Positions 28,210 to 42,489 of a stretch of DNA of 64,000 bases are shown here, piece by piece. Numbering within the stretch: the stretch's first letter is position 1; each line of letters begins with the position of its first letter. Source of the DNA: Eledone cirrhosa (Eukaryota). The notes beneath the pieces are model-generated. The model was not told where the DNA came from, did not search any database, and worked only from the letters and a program-made list of their open reading frames with translations. The translations under genes and the position numbers were made by a program. The stretch is from the NCBI GenBank assembly GCA_964016885.1, contig OZ024750.1, positions 22,258,001 through 22,322,000 on the forward strand, given 5' to 3'.

Positions 28210-30193
28210 GGGTGGTGGTGATCATGGTACTGGGTGTGGTGGTTGTGGTGGTGGTGGTGGTGGTGATCGGGGTAGTGTGTGAAGTGGTGATTAGGGGAGG
28301 GGGGATCATGGTAGTGGGTGTGGTGTTTGTGTTGGTGGTAGTGATGGCAGTGGTTGTGGTGGTGTTGGCAGTTGTAGTAGTGGTAATCGGTGTTGGTGGC
28401 AATTGAGGTGGTGATGGTGGTGGTGGTGGTGGTGGTGGTGGTGATCATGGTAGTGGGTGTGGTGGTGATTGGGGTGTGGTGGGGAGGGGATCATGGTAGT
28501 GGGTGTGGTGGTTGTGTTGGTGGTAGTGATGGCAGTGGTTGTGATGGTGTTGGCGGTTGTAGTAGTGGTACTAGGTGTTGGTGGTGATTGAGGTGGTGAT
28601 GGTGGTGGTGGTGGTGATCATGGTAGTGGGTGTGGTGGTGATTGGGGTGTGGTGGGGAGGGGATCATGGTAGTGGGTGTGGTGGTTGTATTGGTGGTAGT
28701 GATGGCAGTGGTTGTGATGGTGTTGGCGGTTGTAGTAGTGGTACTAGGTGTTGGTGGTGATTGAGGTGGTGATGGTGGTGATCGAGGTGGTGATGGTGGT
28801 GGTGATCATGGTAGTGGGTGTAGTGGTGATTGGGGTGTGGTGGGGAGGAGATCATGGTAGTGGGTGTGGTGGTTGTGTTGGTGGTAGTGATGGCAGTGGT
28901 TGTGATGGTGTTGGCGGTTGTAGTAGTGGTACTAGGTGTTGGTGGTGATTGAGGTGGTGATGGTGGTGGTCGTGATCATGGTAGTAGGTGTGGTGGTGGT
29001 GATCGGGGTAGTGGGTGTAGTGGTGATTGGGGTGTGGGGGGGGGGGTCGTGGTAGTGGCTGTGGTGGTAGTGATGGCAGTGGTTGTGGTGTTGGTGGTTG
29101 TAGTAGTGGTGCTAGGTGTTGGTGGTGATTGAGGTGGTGATGGTGGTGGCGGTGATCATGGTAGTGGGTGTGGTGGTTGTGTTGGTGGTAGTGGTGGTGT
29201 TGGTAGTTGTAGTAGTGGTACTAGGTGTAGGTGGTGATGGTGGTGGTGGTGATCATGGTAGTGGGTGTGGTGGTTGTGGTGGTGGTGGTGTTGATGGTAG
29301 TGGGTGTGGTGGTTGTGGTGGTTGTGGTGGTGGTGGTGTTGATGGTAGTGGTGCTAGGTGTGTTGGTGAAGGCAGGGTTGTTGGTGGTAGTAGTGGTGAT
29401 TGTGGAAGTGATAGCAGTGGTTCTGGTGGTGTTGGTGGTAGTGGTGTTAGGTGTAGTGGTTGTGGTGGTGGTAGTTGTAGTGGTGTTAGGTGTGGTGGTG
29501 ATGGCAGTGGTAGTAGCGGTGATTGAGGTGGTGATCGAGGTGCTGGGTGTGGTGGTGGTGTTGATCATGGTGGTGGGTGTGGTGGTTATGGTGGTGGTGA
29601 TTGTGGTAGTGGGTGTGGTGGTGGTGTTGGTGGCGTTGGTGCTAGGTGTGGTGGTGATCGTGGTGATTGTGGTGGTGAAAGCAGTAGTTGTGGTGGTGCT
29701 GGGGGTGCTAGTGGTGGTGGTGGTGGGTCTAGAGGTGATCATGGTGCTGGGTGTGGTGGTGGTTGTAGTGCTGGGTGTGGTGGTGGTGATAATGGTATTG
29801 GTGCAGGTCATGTTAGTGGTGGCAGTGGTGCTGCTGCTGTTGCTAGGTGATGGTAGTGATGCTGGTGGTGGTGGTGGTGGTGGTGGCAGTGATACTGCTG
29901 GTGGGTATGGGTTGGGGTGATGATAATAATAACAATGAGAAACAAAGGGGGAAGAAGATAATTAAGAAGGTGATGGTAATGATGACGTTGGTGGTGGTGT
30001 GGCTGGTAGTGAGGAGGGAGGGGCGTGATGGAATTATCAGTGTCAGTGATGCTGTTGTGGGTGGGGAGGTATTGTGGTAGTGGTGTTGGTGTTGTTGGTT
30101 GCTGTGATGGAGGAGAGGGTGAGGAGCATGCTACAGTTGCTGATGATGATGATGATGGTAATGCTAATGATGGTGATGGTAATGATGATAGTC

Positions 30194-30226
<33 letters not shown>

Positions 30227-30230
30227 GTAA
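28210..30230. repeat. (GGT)n low-complexity tract with ~170-190-bp higher-order units
   Basis: Block GGGGATCATGGTAGTGGGTGTGG...GGTACTAGGTGTTGG repeated 4-5 times at 28300-29160. Confidence 0.9.
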
Positions 30231-31587
30231 GGATGAGAGGAATCTGCTAAGTATGAAAGACATCAATATTGTTTCATGACACCATGTAAATCTTGAGTAG
30301 ACAAGAGATGTAGTGGGATAATGGGTAGACAAACAGGAAGGGAAGACTTTGTACGTAGAAGATGCACAGGAGCGGTGATATAAATCTCTTCAAGTCACAG
30401 GAAGGGTCCATAGAAGTGGCTAATAGATTCTTCTAGCTAGGTGACTTAATTAGCAGGGGAGGATAATAGCTAAAACAAGGATAGGATGGAAGAAGTTTAG
30501 AGAACTACACCCACTGTTGACCACAAAAGGTTTCTCTCTACGTACAAAAGGACAACTGTATGAGGCCTATGTACAAAGTACAATGCTGCATGGTAGTGAT
30601 GCATAGGCAGAGAACACAGAAGACATACGTAGACTGGAGAGAAATGAAGCATTGATGATGGTGATGATAATGATGACAATAATAATAATCATTTCTTACA
30701 TTATGCACAAGGCCACACATTTTTTTTTATTTTTTTTATAGGCACTTAAATCAACCGCAGTAAATAACTGGTATTTTATTTTACCAACTCCAGAAGGATG
30801 AAAGGCAAAGTTGACTTCGGCAGGATTTGAACTCAGAACATAAAGAGTCATAACAAGCATCACAAAGCCTTTTACCCAACACTCTAACAATTCTGCCAAT
30901 CCCCCGTTCTGATAATAATAATAATAATATTAATGATTTCTTTATTAAACAAACACTATTTGGTATATCCAAATACTCCCATCCAAATTTATATGATATA
31001 CATTAGTCTTCTCAGTTTTATGGCATAACATTTTTCAAGTAATGAAGCATTTTTAATGTCAGCATATTCACGTGGAGGGTATGTGTATCATCATCATCAC
31101 CGTTTAATGTCCATTTTTCTATGCTGGCATGGGTTAGATGAGTTATCCTGTTGTGAGCAATGCTAGGTCAGGTGACTATGTCATACTCATACAGAACCAA
31201 TTTTGGCTTGATTTGGAGCTGGATGCCCTTCCTAATGCCAACCTTATTTACAGTTTTTGCTGTATGCTACCACTTTACAGTGTGCTTTTTGCCATAACAC
31301 CTACACAACCACTTTACAGTGTGGGCTGGGCGCTTTTTGTCATGTCACCATCACGACCACTTTATGATAATTTCATTTCATTTAAAAGTGACTTCTACAG
31401 GACTAGGGCTGTTTCCTTTGATGGTGAAAACATCAGAAAGCTTTCCTGAATATTTCAGCATAGAATGAAATAGTACTAGTCCCGTAGAAGTTGCTTCTTA
31501 ATGAAATAATACTAATTGCCCCCTCTACTTGATATATTAACTACCTTACTTTATCAGAGGTCTCCTTCCATTCTTTACTGGAAAACT

Positions 31588-31785
31588 ATCATCATCATCA
31601 TCATCATCAACGTTTAACGTCCGTGTTCCACGCTTGCATGGGTTTGGACGGGGGTAGTCCCACTTGAGGCAAGAGTGATTGTCTTGCTCGCATAGGACTG
31701 TCTGGCAGGTTTTCTACAGTTGGATGCCCTTCCTAACACCAACCACATTTACAGTGTGGGTCTGGGAGGTTTTTACCGTGTTGCC
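31588..31785 (-). mobile_element. Short 3'-end copy of the same RTE LINE
   Basis: Reverse complement of 48155-48354; no mismatch seen outside the (CAT)n tail. Confidence 0.9.
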
Positions 31786-32655
31786 GTATATATACATATG
31801 TATATATAAATATATATATATATATATATGTATATACATAACAGGCATTAAATATATACATACATATATGCATACATACATACATACACACACGTGCATA
31901 CATACATACACACACGTGCATACATACTGTTAAAGAGTTGGACAGGATGTATTGTGGTATCTGATCTAGCTCTGTATGTACTGAGTTCAAATCCTGCCTC
32001 CTCCTGCTAGTGCAGATAGCATTAGCAATGGAACCATAATTTTCTTTGTCCAATCTAACAATTGGACCCATTTTATTTTATATTGTTCCCTTTCCAGTGC
32101 TACTTACTCTCATCTCCTCCGCCCTTAGCACTTCTCTTTGTTTTGCTGAGAACATAATGTTCGTTCTAATGTTGGTACCATGATAAAATGCACCCACCCC
32201 ACTCTAAAAGAGGTAGTGCTGATGCTATAATAAAATGTACCCAATACAATCTGCACTGTGATAGTGCTGATGCTACCATAAAATTCATCCAGTACACTCT
32301 GTAAAATGTTAGTGCTGATGCTACAATAAAATGCATCATTTACACTGTAAAATATTAGTGCTGGTGCCACGATAAAATGCACCCAGTACAGTCTGTAAAA
32401 TGGCAGTGCTGTTGCCACAATAAAATGCAATAGAACATGTTTGGGCACACATGACAGTAAAGATATATAGTCAATATAGGTAATAAATATTTAACTTTAA
32501 CCTTCATCGCATTCTGGGTGCCTTATGTCACCAATAGAGTTATCTCCCCTTAATACATAATGCACTGTCCAAGGGAGAAAGAAATTCATTAAAAAAATTC
32601 AGCGTGCTAAAGATTAATCTGTACCTCTTTTAAAAACCGGAATATTAACACTCAC

Positions 32656-32704
32656 CTGATCTGTGAATGGCATATCTTCTTGAGGTACAATCAGACCACA
32701 AACA
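32656..32704 (-). CDS. POLR3B: POLR3B exon 11/17
   Basis: cag|T GTT...GAT CAG|gtgagt; VCGLIVPQEDMPFTDQ; 49 nt. Confidence 0.94.
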
Positions 32705-33541
32705 CTGCAATAGGAAAACAATTGATTTAATATGTGTGGACATGTATCTGTGTGAGTGCATGGGTGAGCAAGTGCAAGTGTATGTTTGTGCACGTATTTG
32801 TGGGTGTGCGTATTTGTTCTGGTTTTGTCCTGGTTAAGTATAAGACACCTAGTGTGACTAATGTATTATATATAATCCTTCAAAACTATATTTTACTCAA
32901 CCTTTCTGGTAAGAAATTGGCAGAGTTGTTAGAGTGTTAAATAAAGTGCCTCAGTTCTGGTTCACTGTATTTAGAGTTCCAATACCAACCAAGATCAACT
33001 TAGCCTTTCATCCATTTAAGGTCAATAATTATAGTACCAGTTCAGCAGAGGTAGTAGATTAGTAGAAATTGTTAAAGAGTCAAACAGGATTCCTTGCAGT
33101 ATCTAATCTGGCTCGGTATGTTCTCAGTTCAAATCCTGTCTCCTTCTACCAAGAGATGCTACAGGTAGATAATATCAGCATTGAAAATACTAATGGAAAA
33201 TAGTTTCTTTGGTTCAACCTGATGATCAACTCCTTTTCTTTCCTTGTTTCCTTCTGAGCATGGGGAAAACTAAATTTGTCTCTAAATCAGTCCAAATGTG
33301 TTATTTAAAACTCTAAAATGCAGTACTTTATTCCCCCCTTTCTACCCAAATCAAACAAAATCTATTATTTAAAACCCTTCAATCGACTTCAAAATTTATC
33401 CCAAAGTAAGACCAAATATATTATTTATAACCTTCAATACATGTTTCACTCATCTTTTCTGACCATACCGGCAACTAAATTTGTCTCTTAATATGACCAA
33501 ATGTATTATCTTTAACTCTAAAATACTGCAGTTTCACTCAC

Positions 33542-33685
33542 CCTTTCTGACCATGTCGGCTACTAAATTTGTCCCCAAGTTCGGGTCGTCTGGTCTGTCG
33601 TAGTAACAACTTTATAAGAAATGATTCTTCCATGTTGGAAGTAATCATCACTTTTTCCACATAGGACGGTATTGGACCTCGATAC
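33542..33685 (-). CDS. POLR3B: POLR3B exon 10/17
   Basis: cag|G TAT...AAA GG|gtgagt; [48 protein letters not shown] (universal beta-subunit GDK..RHGQKG motif); 144 nt. Confidence 0.97.
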
Positions 33686-35265
33686 CTGTAAATACAGAGA
33701 AAAATAGACCTTAACTTGGCATTATGAAGCAAAGCAAAGAGGGCATCAAAAGCAACATAGAAGCAGCAGAGAGGACATTTAGATGGCTATGGTTGAAGAG
33801 AAGTGACCAGTAGAGTCAGTAGTATGTATGCCACTTAGACACAGGCTGAAGTTTGATCAACTCTGGTTGGGTCACCTGGATGATGGCATATGTGACTCCA
33901 GGATACAACACCTATGACATATCCAAGCTTCTGCATCCATGAATATGTGAAGAACATAACACTTTTCATGCCAACCAATCTGACACCACATTTGGTTCTA
34001 TGAAGTGAAAAAAAAATGAAATTTGAAGCTCACACCTATAAGCAAATTTAGCTGGCCTCCAATGAGATTGTATCTTATAGGGGGTTTCTTAGGTGTTATC
34101 ATGAAAAGCAACGTGAAATGAAGTGGTTTGCTTAAGAACATAAAGTGCTGCCCAGTCAAGGAATTGAATCCATGAGTATAACACCCTAACCACTAAACCA
34201 CACACTTTCACTCCGGTCCTTTGATATCAAGCCACAAGGAACCAACACTTCTGGTTTTATAATACCGACCAAACTGCTAGAAATAGCAGTCATATCCATG
34301 TGTATCCAGTTTAGAATAGGTACACCATATCCCTGCATGTCATAGGATGCAACTAAAAGCAAAAAGATCTGACTGTAAAAAATTACCTCAAAAAGTTCTG
34401 TCCAACCCATGCCAGCATGAAAAAGTCAACATAAAGAGAGATTGTTGTGTCTTTGACATAACAGAAGAATCCTCCCAACCCTTTGTGTGGCAAGCTTTCT
34501 ATGGCTGGATGTACTTTCTATCACCAGCCACTTTACAGCATGTACTGGGTGCGTTTATCATGTAGATCACTAACAGTGGGAAGATTGTCATGCCCTTGAC
34601 ACAACTAAACATATGTAGCATATTATTATGATTGATTGTTCAAATGTTTATGTTATTAATCTTTGCTGTACAAAATGTTTTTTAATGTTTAAACACTGAT
34701 TCTGTAGGAAATACCAGAAATATATATTTAATTTTATTGGCCATCTACATTTTTACTCTGAGTGTTGAAGTAAGTAAGGGTCTCATGTACTGCTTTGACA
34801 GGGGGTGGGTAATAATACTGTTAAAATGGCCCTACCCTAACAAAATAGTACTAAAAAAATATAGCTTACTCTGCAACTCTACAGTATTTACATGTTGAAT
34901 GATTAAAATAGAATATTTTAATGGCGCCCACCACACCCTTCTATTCTATCCCCTTCACCACACAAAAAGAAATTGATTTACCCTTGCTTAAGCAATATTT
35001 TTCAATTTAGCTGACCTAAGATTTGATCCAACAACTTAATCAGATATTTGTGTACATGTGTGAGTTTGAGTCATTGAGTGTATGTGTTATTTCAGAGTTT
35101 GTAATCCCATTTCCTGCTTCTAGCCTGTCTCACTCCAAGTCAAAATATTAAGTAGGATTATTTAATAAATTAATAAAACACTAATGCATTTTTCAGATAC
35201 CGCAATTCACACTGAAAAGTTCATATATATGTATGTATGTGTGTCAGTATGTGTGTGTGTATAAT

Positions 35266-35297
<32 letters not shown>

Positions 35298-35924
35298 CAT
35301 ATATATCATCATCATCATCATATATATATACACACACACATATATATGTGTAGGTGTATAAATAACAACGCTTGCTCAATTAAAACTTTTACTTGATATG
35401 TTAAATCCATGCCAGCATGTAGAGTGAATGTAAAATGATACTATATATATATATATATATGTGCATCTGGCTTTATACATGCATATAAATATGTCAAGAA
35501 TGCATAAAGCACTTTTAGGTTTTGTACAAAGACAACCTAAAACTATAGACCTCAAAATTGCCAGGTTGAACATGGAAAGGAATGGAAAACCAAGCATTAA
35601 ATAATTGCTTCTACTTTTGGCACAAGGTCAGCAATTACACCCAGTGCATTACTGGTACTTTATTTTTATCGACCCTGTAAGGATGAAAGGCAAAGTTAAC
35701 CTCGGCAGGATTTGAACTCAGACCATAAAGGGTTGTAACTCTATGCTGCAAAGCATGGCGTCCGACTCTCTACCGATACTGCCAATCCATGATAGGGATA
35801 TGAAATGAAATCAAATTTACAGCTCACACCTATGGATGTTTAGCTGTCCTCCAATTAGCTTGCATCTCAAAAGAGGTTTCTTGGGTGTTTTAATGATAGG
35901 GATCTCTGTCCTATTTTACACACA

Positions 35925-36490
35925 CAAAAAGTGCATGGTCATCAAAATTGATGGAAGCTACAGAGTAGGACGATATGATAAAATTGACCTTGCACACTTA
36001 GACCTCTCTCAGACAATATCACTAGATCGAGACCTTTGGCGCTACGCAGTAATATAGAAGACCCGTCTTCCCTTACGTACAAAATTACACCTACAGTCGG
36101 TAGGCAACTCTTAACCAAATATACACCCCAACCCACTACCCCTACTCCATCCTCCCACTCCCACCCACACCACCCTTTCTCTGTAAAGTTATGTTGGTAC
36201 CACGGAACGTCCAGACCACACTAAAGTGGTCGTGTACGTGTCACGACAAAAAGCACCCAGTCCAAGCTGTAAAGTGGTTGTGTCGAAGATACGGTAAAAA
36301 AGCTCCCAGTCCACACTGTAAATGTGGTTGGTGTTAGGAAGGGCACCCAGCCATAGAAAACCTGCCAGATACAGTCCTATACGAGCAAGACACGGTCATG
36401 CGATCAATCTTGCCTTAAATGGGACAATTCCCGTCTAACCTATGCTAGCATGGAAGATAGACGTTAAACAATGATGATGATGATGATGAC
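35925..36490 (+). mobile_element. Older 3' fragment of the same RTE family
   Basis: Diverged match to ~47810-48354 (IKIDGS..., [11 protein letters not shown], 3' UTR, (GAT)n tail). Confidence 0.8.
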
Positions 36491-37315
36491 GACACACATA
36501 GATATTTTGTTACAGTTCAAAGCTATGTAGGTTTAGCTGAACTCCTATGATGTTGTATGTCATAAGAAATTTCTTGGGTGTTCTAATGATCGAGGCTCCA
36601 TGAATATAAAATGAAGCATTTTCCTCCAGAACACAGCACATCACCTGGTTCAGAAATTGAACACACGCTTTATGAACGTGAGACCAACACCCTAACCACT
36701 AAGCCACACGCCTTTACTATAAAGCTGATACATATATATTTATATATATATGTACATACATATGGATGTATGTAGGTATCATCTACATCAGCATTTTCAT
36801 TCTTGAATGGGTTAGATGTTTTGTGTTGTCAAGTATGAAGGCTAAACTGGTCAGATAACCATGACCTTTTATCACAGCACCAGTGCTACTAGCCATACAG
36901 GGTAGGCTAAAGGCATTTTATTGTTGTACCAGCACTACCACTTTACAGAGTGGGCTGGGAACATTTTATTGTAGAACCAACACTACCACTTAACTGAGTG
37001 GGCTAAGTGTATTTTATTGAGGCACCAGCACTACTACCTTACAGGGAAGACTGGGTGGTTTTTATACCAGCACCTTAGCATGAGTTGGTGTTTTTTTATT
37101 GTGGCAACAGTGCTACCAACTTACAGGGCAGACTATTGGTTGATTTTTATTGTGGCACCAGCATTACCACTTTATAGAGTGGGTTGGGAGAACTATCGCT
37201 TTACAGAATGTGTAGGGTGCATTTTATCATGGTGCCAACACTACCACTTTAAAGGATGGGCTGGGAGTATTTTATTGTGGCTCCATCCCTAGCACTTTAC
37301 AGAGTGGGTTGGAAG

Positions 37316-37469
37316 CTTGGCCTCTGAGAGGGAGCTCCAGCCAGTACTTTGTTCCTGGCCCCAAGAGCTAAGAAGGCCCTACAACATCCATTTTGAAAAA
37401 AATTCTTAACCTCCTCCAGGCCCCAAAGGGGTCTTGTACCACTTTGCAAAATTTCTCTTGGAGGCCCTG
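37316..37469. mobile_element. hAT-type MITE
   Basis: 8-bp TSD GTTGGAAG (37308-37315, 37470-37477); imperfect TIRs CTTGGCCTCTGAGAG / CTCTTGGAGGCCCTG. Confidence 0.65.
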
Positions 37470-37541
37470 GTTGGAAGCATTATATTGCGGTACCAGCATT
37501 GCCTCATTACCACACTAGGGGTCTCCTTGTGACCTACGACC

Positions 37542-37589
<48 letters not shown>

Positions 37590-37857
37590 ATATTTTCCTA
37601 CTCTAGCAGAAAGGTTTCTTGTTCTTTATTGTTTTTCCACAAATACTGCAAAGCTAGCATAACTAGTGAGAGACCTTGACCTCCCTAAAAGGGAGTCATA
37701 GGGCAGGGGGCTTAGGAAGGTATGTTGGTGTGCTATGGAGTGAGAGGGGTGTACCAATAGGAAGAGAGAGGGAGGGAAGGAGGATTATGAAGGTATGTTA
37801 ATGTTGATATGAAGGAGAGAAGAGGGGAGAGAGAGCAGGAAGATGTGTTAATATTGG

Positions 37858-39646
37858 TATGATGGAGAGTGGGGAGGAGTAAGAGTAGGAAGGTACATTA
37901 ATATATCTATGAAGGAGAGGGGGGGAGAGGATGTGTAAGAAGGTATGATGGAGAGAGTGAGGAGGAGTAAGAGTAGGAAGGTACATTAATATATCTATGA
38001 AGGAGAGGGGGAGAGGATGTGTAAGAAGGTATGATGGAGAGAGGGGGGAGGAGTAAGAGTAGGAAGGTACATTAATATATCTATGAAGGAGAGGGGGGGA
38101 GAGGATGTGTAAGAAGGTATGATGGAGAGAGTGAGGAGGAGTAAGAGTAGGAAGGTACATTAATATATCTATGAAGGAGAGAGGGGGAGAGGATGTGTAA
38201 GAAGGTATGATGGAGAGAGGGGGGAGGAGTAAGAGTAGGAAGGTACATTAATATATCTATGAAGGAGAGGGGGGGAGAGGATGTGTAAGAAGGTATGATG
38301 GAGAGAGTGAGGAGGAGTAAGAGTAGGAAGGTACATTAATATATCTATGAAGGAGAGGGGGGGAGAGGATGTGTAAGAAGGTATGATGGAGAGAGTGAGG
38401 AGGAGTAAGAGTAGGAAGGTACATTAATATATCTATGAAGGAGAGAGGGGGAGAGGATGTGTAAGAAGGTATGATGGAGAGAGGGGGGAGGAGTAAGAGT
38501 AGGAAGGTACATTAATATATCTATGAAGGAGAGAGGGGGAGAGGATGTGTAAGAAGGTATGATGGAGAGAGGGGGGAGGAGTAAGAGTAGGAAGGTACAT
38601 TAATATATCTATGAAGGAGAGGGGGAGAGGATGTGTAAGAAGGTATGATGGAGAGAGTGGGGAGGAGTAAGAGTAGGAAGGTACATTAATATATCTATGA
38701 AGGAGAGGGGGAGAGGATGTGTAAGAAGGTATGATGGAGAGAGTGGGGAGGAGTAAGAGTAGGAAGGTACATTAATATATCTATGAAGGAGAGAGGGGGG
38801 GAGGATGTGCAAGAAGGTATGAAGGAGAGAGTGAGGAGGAGTAAGAGTAGGAAGGTACATTAATATATCTATGAAGGAGAGGGGGAGAGGATGTGTAAGA
38901 AGGTATGAAGGAGAGAGTGAGGAGGAGTAAGAGTAGGAAGGTACATTAATATATCTATGAAGGAGAGAGGGGGGGAGGATGTGCAAGAAGGTATGAAGGA
39001 GAGAGTGAGGAGGAGTAAGAGTAGGAAGGTACATTAATATATCTATGAAGGAGAGGGGGAGAGGATGTGCAAGAAGGTATGAAGGAGAGAGTGGGGAGGA
39101 GTAAGAGTAGAAAGGTACATTAATATATCTATGAAGGAGAGGGGGAGAGGATGTGTAAGAAGGTATGATGGAGAGAGTGGGGAGGAGTAAGAGTAGGAAG
39201 GTACATTAATATATCTATGAAGGAGAGGGGGGGGAGGATGTGTAAGAAGGTATGATGGAGAGAGTGGGGAGGAGTAAGAGTAGGAAGGTACATTAATATA
39301 TCTATGAAGGAGAGGGGGAGAGGATGTGTAAGAAGGTATGAAGGAGAGAGTGAGGAGGAGTAAGAGTAGGAAGGTACATTAATATATCTATGAAGGAGAG
39401 AGGGGGGGAGGATGTGCAAGAAGGTATGAAGGAGAGAGTGAGGAGGAGTAAGAGTAGGAAGGTACATTAATATATCTATGAAGGAGAGGGGGAGAGGATG
39501 TGCAAGAAGGTATGAAGGAGAGAGTGGGGAGGAGTAAGAGTAGAAAGGTACATTAATATATCTATGAAGGAGAGGGGGAGAGGATGTGTAAGAAGGTATG
39601 ATGGAGAGAGTGGGGAGGAGTAAGAGTAGGAAGGTACATTAATATA
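37858..39646. repeat. 86-88-bp purine-rich minisatellite, ~20 copies
   Basis: Unit GAGTAAGAGTAGGAAGGTACATTAATATATCTATGAAGGAGAG(G)nAGAGGATGTGTAAGAAGGTATGAWGGAGAGAGTGRGGAG. Confidence 0.95.
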
Positions 39647-40130
39647 TGTCTAACACACGTGGACATGCCTACAAGATCAGAAAACAGCACAGCTCCCATG
39701 ACTTTCGCAGACATTTTTTCACGCTCAGAGTTGCTGAAGCATGGAACAAACTGCCTGCGTCAATTGTTAGCTGCTGAGACACTGCATCCTTTAAGACACT
39801 CATGCTTCCCGAAATACGCCAAAACTACACCTGATGTGCCCCTTCCATACACATGCACACATGTGTGTATCATGACTCGTGCACTGTTCATTTTACTGAT
39901 GTTTGTGCATTGCCCTATGTACTGTACATGCACTTTTTTGATGGGTTGTGGTGCACCTGGGCACTGTGCACAATATTTCATTATTGTTATTATTATTATA
40001 TCATGACTCATACACTGTTTATTTTCCTGACATTTGTACATTATTCTATGTACTATACATGCACCTTTGATGAGTTGTAGTGCACCTGAGCACTGTACAC
40101 AATAATTTCATTATTATTTCATTATTATTT
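39647..40130 (+). mobile_element. CR1/L2-like LINE 3' end inserted in last unit of the 87-bp array
   Basis: Homologous to 26943-27228, 3' UTR duplicated internally; array resumes at ~40130. Confidence 0.78.
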
Positions 40131-40390
40131 ATATCTATGAAGGAGAGGGGGAGAGGATGTGTAAGAAGGTATGTTAATGTTGATATGAAATAGAGAGAGA
40201 GGAGTGGTCGGTGAGGATGGAGAAGTACATTAATATTGCTCTGTCATGGATGGATTCACCTGATTGGCCTGCCTGGTGCCAGTCATGAATGAATTGGTAA
40301 TTTTAATTAAATACTAATTAAAGCAATAAATATAGCTACTTTGGAACAATCTTTTTTCATCATTACGCACAAACACACATATGTATATGC

Positions 40391-40421
<31 letters not shown>

Positions 40422-41891
40422 CATATATATATATATATATAGTTTACTCAGCTGTAGAAATGAGATGATAGGGACTGGGGTCCATATCATTCCACTGCAA
40501 AGTGGTCGTGGAGGTGCCACGGCAAAAAAGCATCCAGCACTCACTGTAAATGAGGTTGGTGTTAGGAAGGGCATCCAGCTGTAGAAATCAAGCCAGAATC
40601 AGTTCCCGTCCCACCCTTGCAAGCAGGGAAAAGCAGACGTAAAATGATGATGATGATGATGATATATATATACATATATATATATATACTGGGGGGGGGG
40701 GGGGGCATGTTCCCTATAAGAAAATCTGTTTTTGTTGGCTACATGACCCTCCCAAAGTACAACAATATCTGTTTCAACACATGATTTCATATCAAGAATC
40801 ATGCAAAACAAATACAAAAAGGAAATATGTGTGTGTGTGTGAGTGTGTGTGTGTGTGCGTGCGCGTGTGCGTGTCATCATCATTCTATGCTGACATGAAT
40901 TTGGTCAGGATGTTTTGAGAATGTTTTGCGGCCTGATGCCCTTCATGATGCCAATGCTTTTGGTCACCTTTTATGACATGCAGCGATACAGGGTACCTAT
41001 TCTAAAAACTGAGATACACACAACATTCAATGTATATAAAATCAGCTTGAAACACAGAAACATCACTGTGGTATGGTATGAAACCCAAATTGCAAAAAAA
41101 TACAGCATTCTCTACATCATCTATTGCATACTCTATCAACTCTGTTATTTAGAAACAAAAGAATAGAGTACTCAATGCATACATGTGTTGGATGTATGTG
41201 GACTCATGTTTAACATGTTGAACTCACAATCATAAGGTTGGAGGTTTGATTCCAAGGTTAGGTGGTGTGTTATGTTCTTCAGCACGGGGCTTCAATTCAT
41301 GTTGTTTTTCATGATGGGACTGAAGCTCCTATCATTAAAACCCCAAAAAAATCTTCTTAAAAGATACAACCTCGTAGGAAGCCAGCTAAATCTGCTGTAA
41401 TTTGCATCTCATTTTTACATTTGTATGTATGTATGTCTCAAATAAAGCAACTGAATTTTAGTAATAGTTATTATAACTGATAAATGATGATGATGATTTG
41501 AATTAGAAAACCTCTTTTATATATTTTCTGCTAAATCATTACAGAATGTTAAGAGTTAAAGTCTTTACTCCAATACTGCAAATTTTCACAATCTGCTCAC
41601 TAGTAAAAGTACTATAAATGTTCGAATTAACAAATCCATTTCTATGTATTTTCTACTAAATCATTACTGTATGTTAACCCTTTAAAATATAAGCTGACCA
41701 AATCCGGCCAGAATTCTCTCACCTCTTTCTGTTCAAACTGACCCTAACTAGCCACTCATACTGAAGTTAAGGTATTTTTCTCAAAATAAATAACATCAAA
41801 ATCTTGTAGATTCGATATTATATGAGATAATTATGTAAGATAAAGTCTTATAGAGTAATGTAAATGCTAAAGGGTTAAGAGTTAGTCTTAC

Positions 41892-42015
41892 ATAACAGGA
41901 ACATCTCTGTATTCTGGCTGTTGTGGAGGCTGGCCTGGAGCTGTCTGCAATGTATTCATAGTAACTGTTGGCATATATTTATTTACCATGACTTGTTTGT
42001 TGGAAACCATCTCAC
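41892..42015 (-). CDS. POLR3B: POLR3B exon 9/17
   Basis: tag|GT GAG...GTT AT|gtaaga; [41 protein letters not shown]; 124 nt. Confidence 0.93.
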
Positions 42016-42489
42016 CTAAACACAGAAATCAAGGTAGAAATCATTTTTAAAAAATTCAATTCTTTTAGAATATTATCCACAAATAAATACCATATATACT
42101 CATGTAAAAGTAAAAATTTTTAGACCATAAATCAAATAAATTTAACAAATGACTGAAACCACCAAATTGGAATATTTCACTCATTTATAATTTGAAGATA
42201 AACAATATAATATAATATATATATTTATTTCCTCATCTCATCTCATAATGGTGCTTATGGTGATTGTAGTAATGATGGTTATGATTATGATAATGTTGGG
42301 GTGGTGATGATCTCACTTCACCACACCTCATCTCATATCTCACCTCAACTTACCGCATAATCTAATCTATCTATTTATCTATCTCTTACATGCACCTTCT
42401 TACCGTCCCCTTCTAGCATGACATACGTTTTGTACAAAATGTACTACAAGCTTTAACATAATAGATGAGAGAAATGAAATGTGACATAC

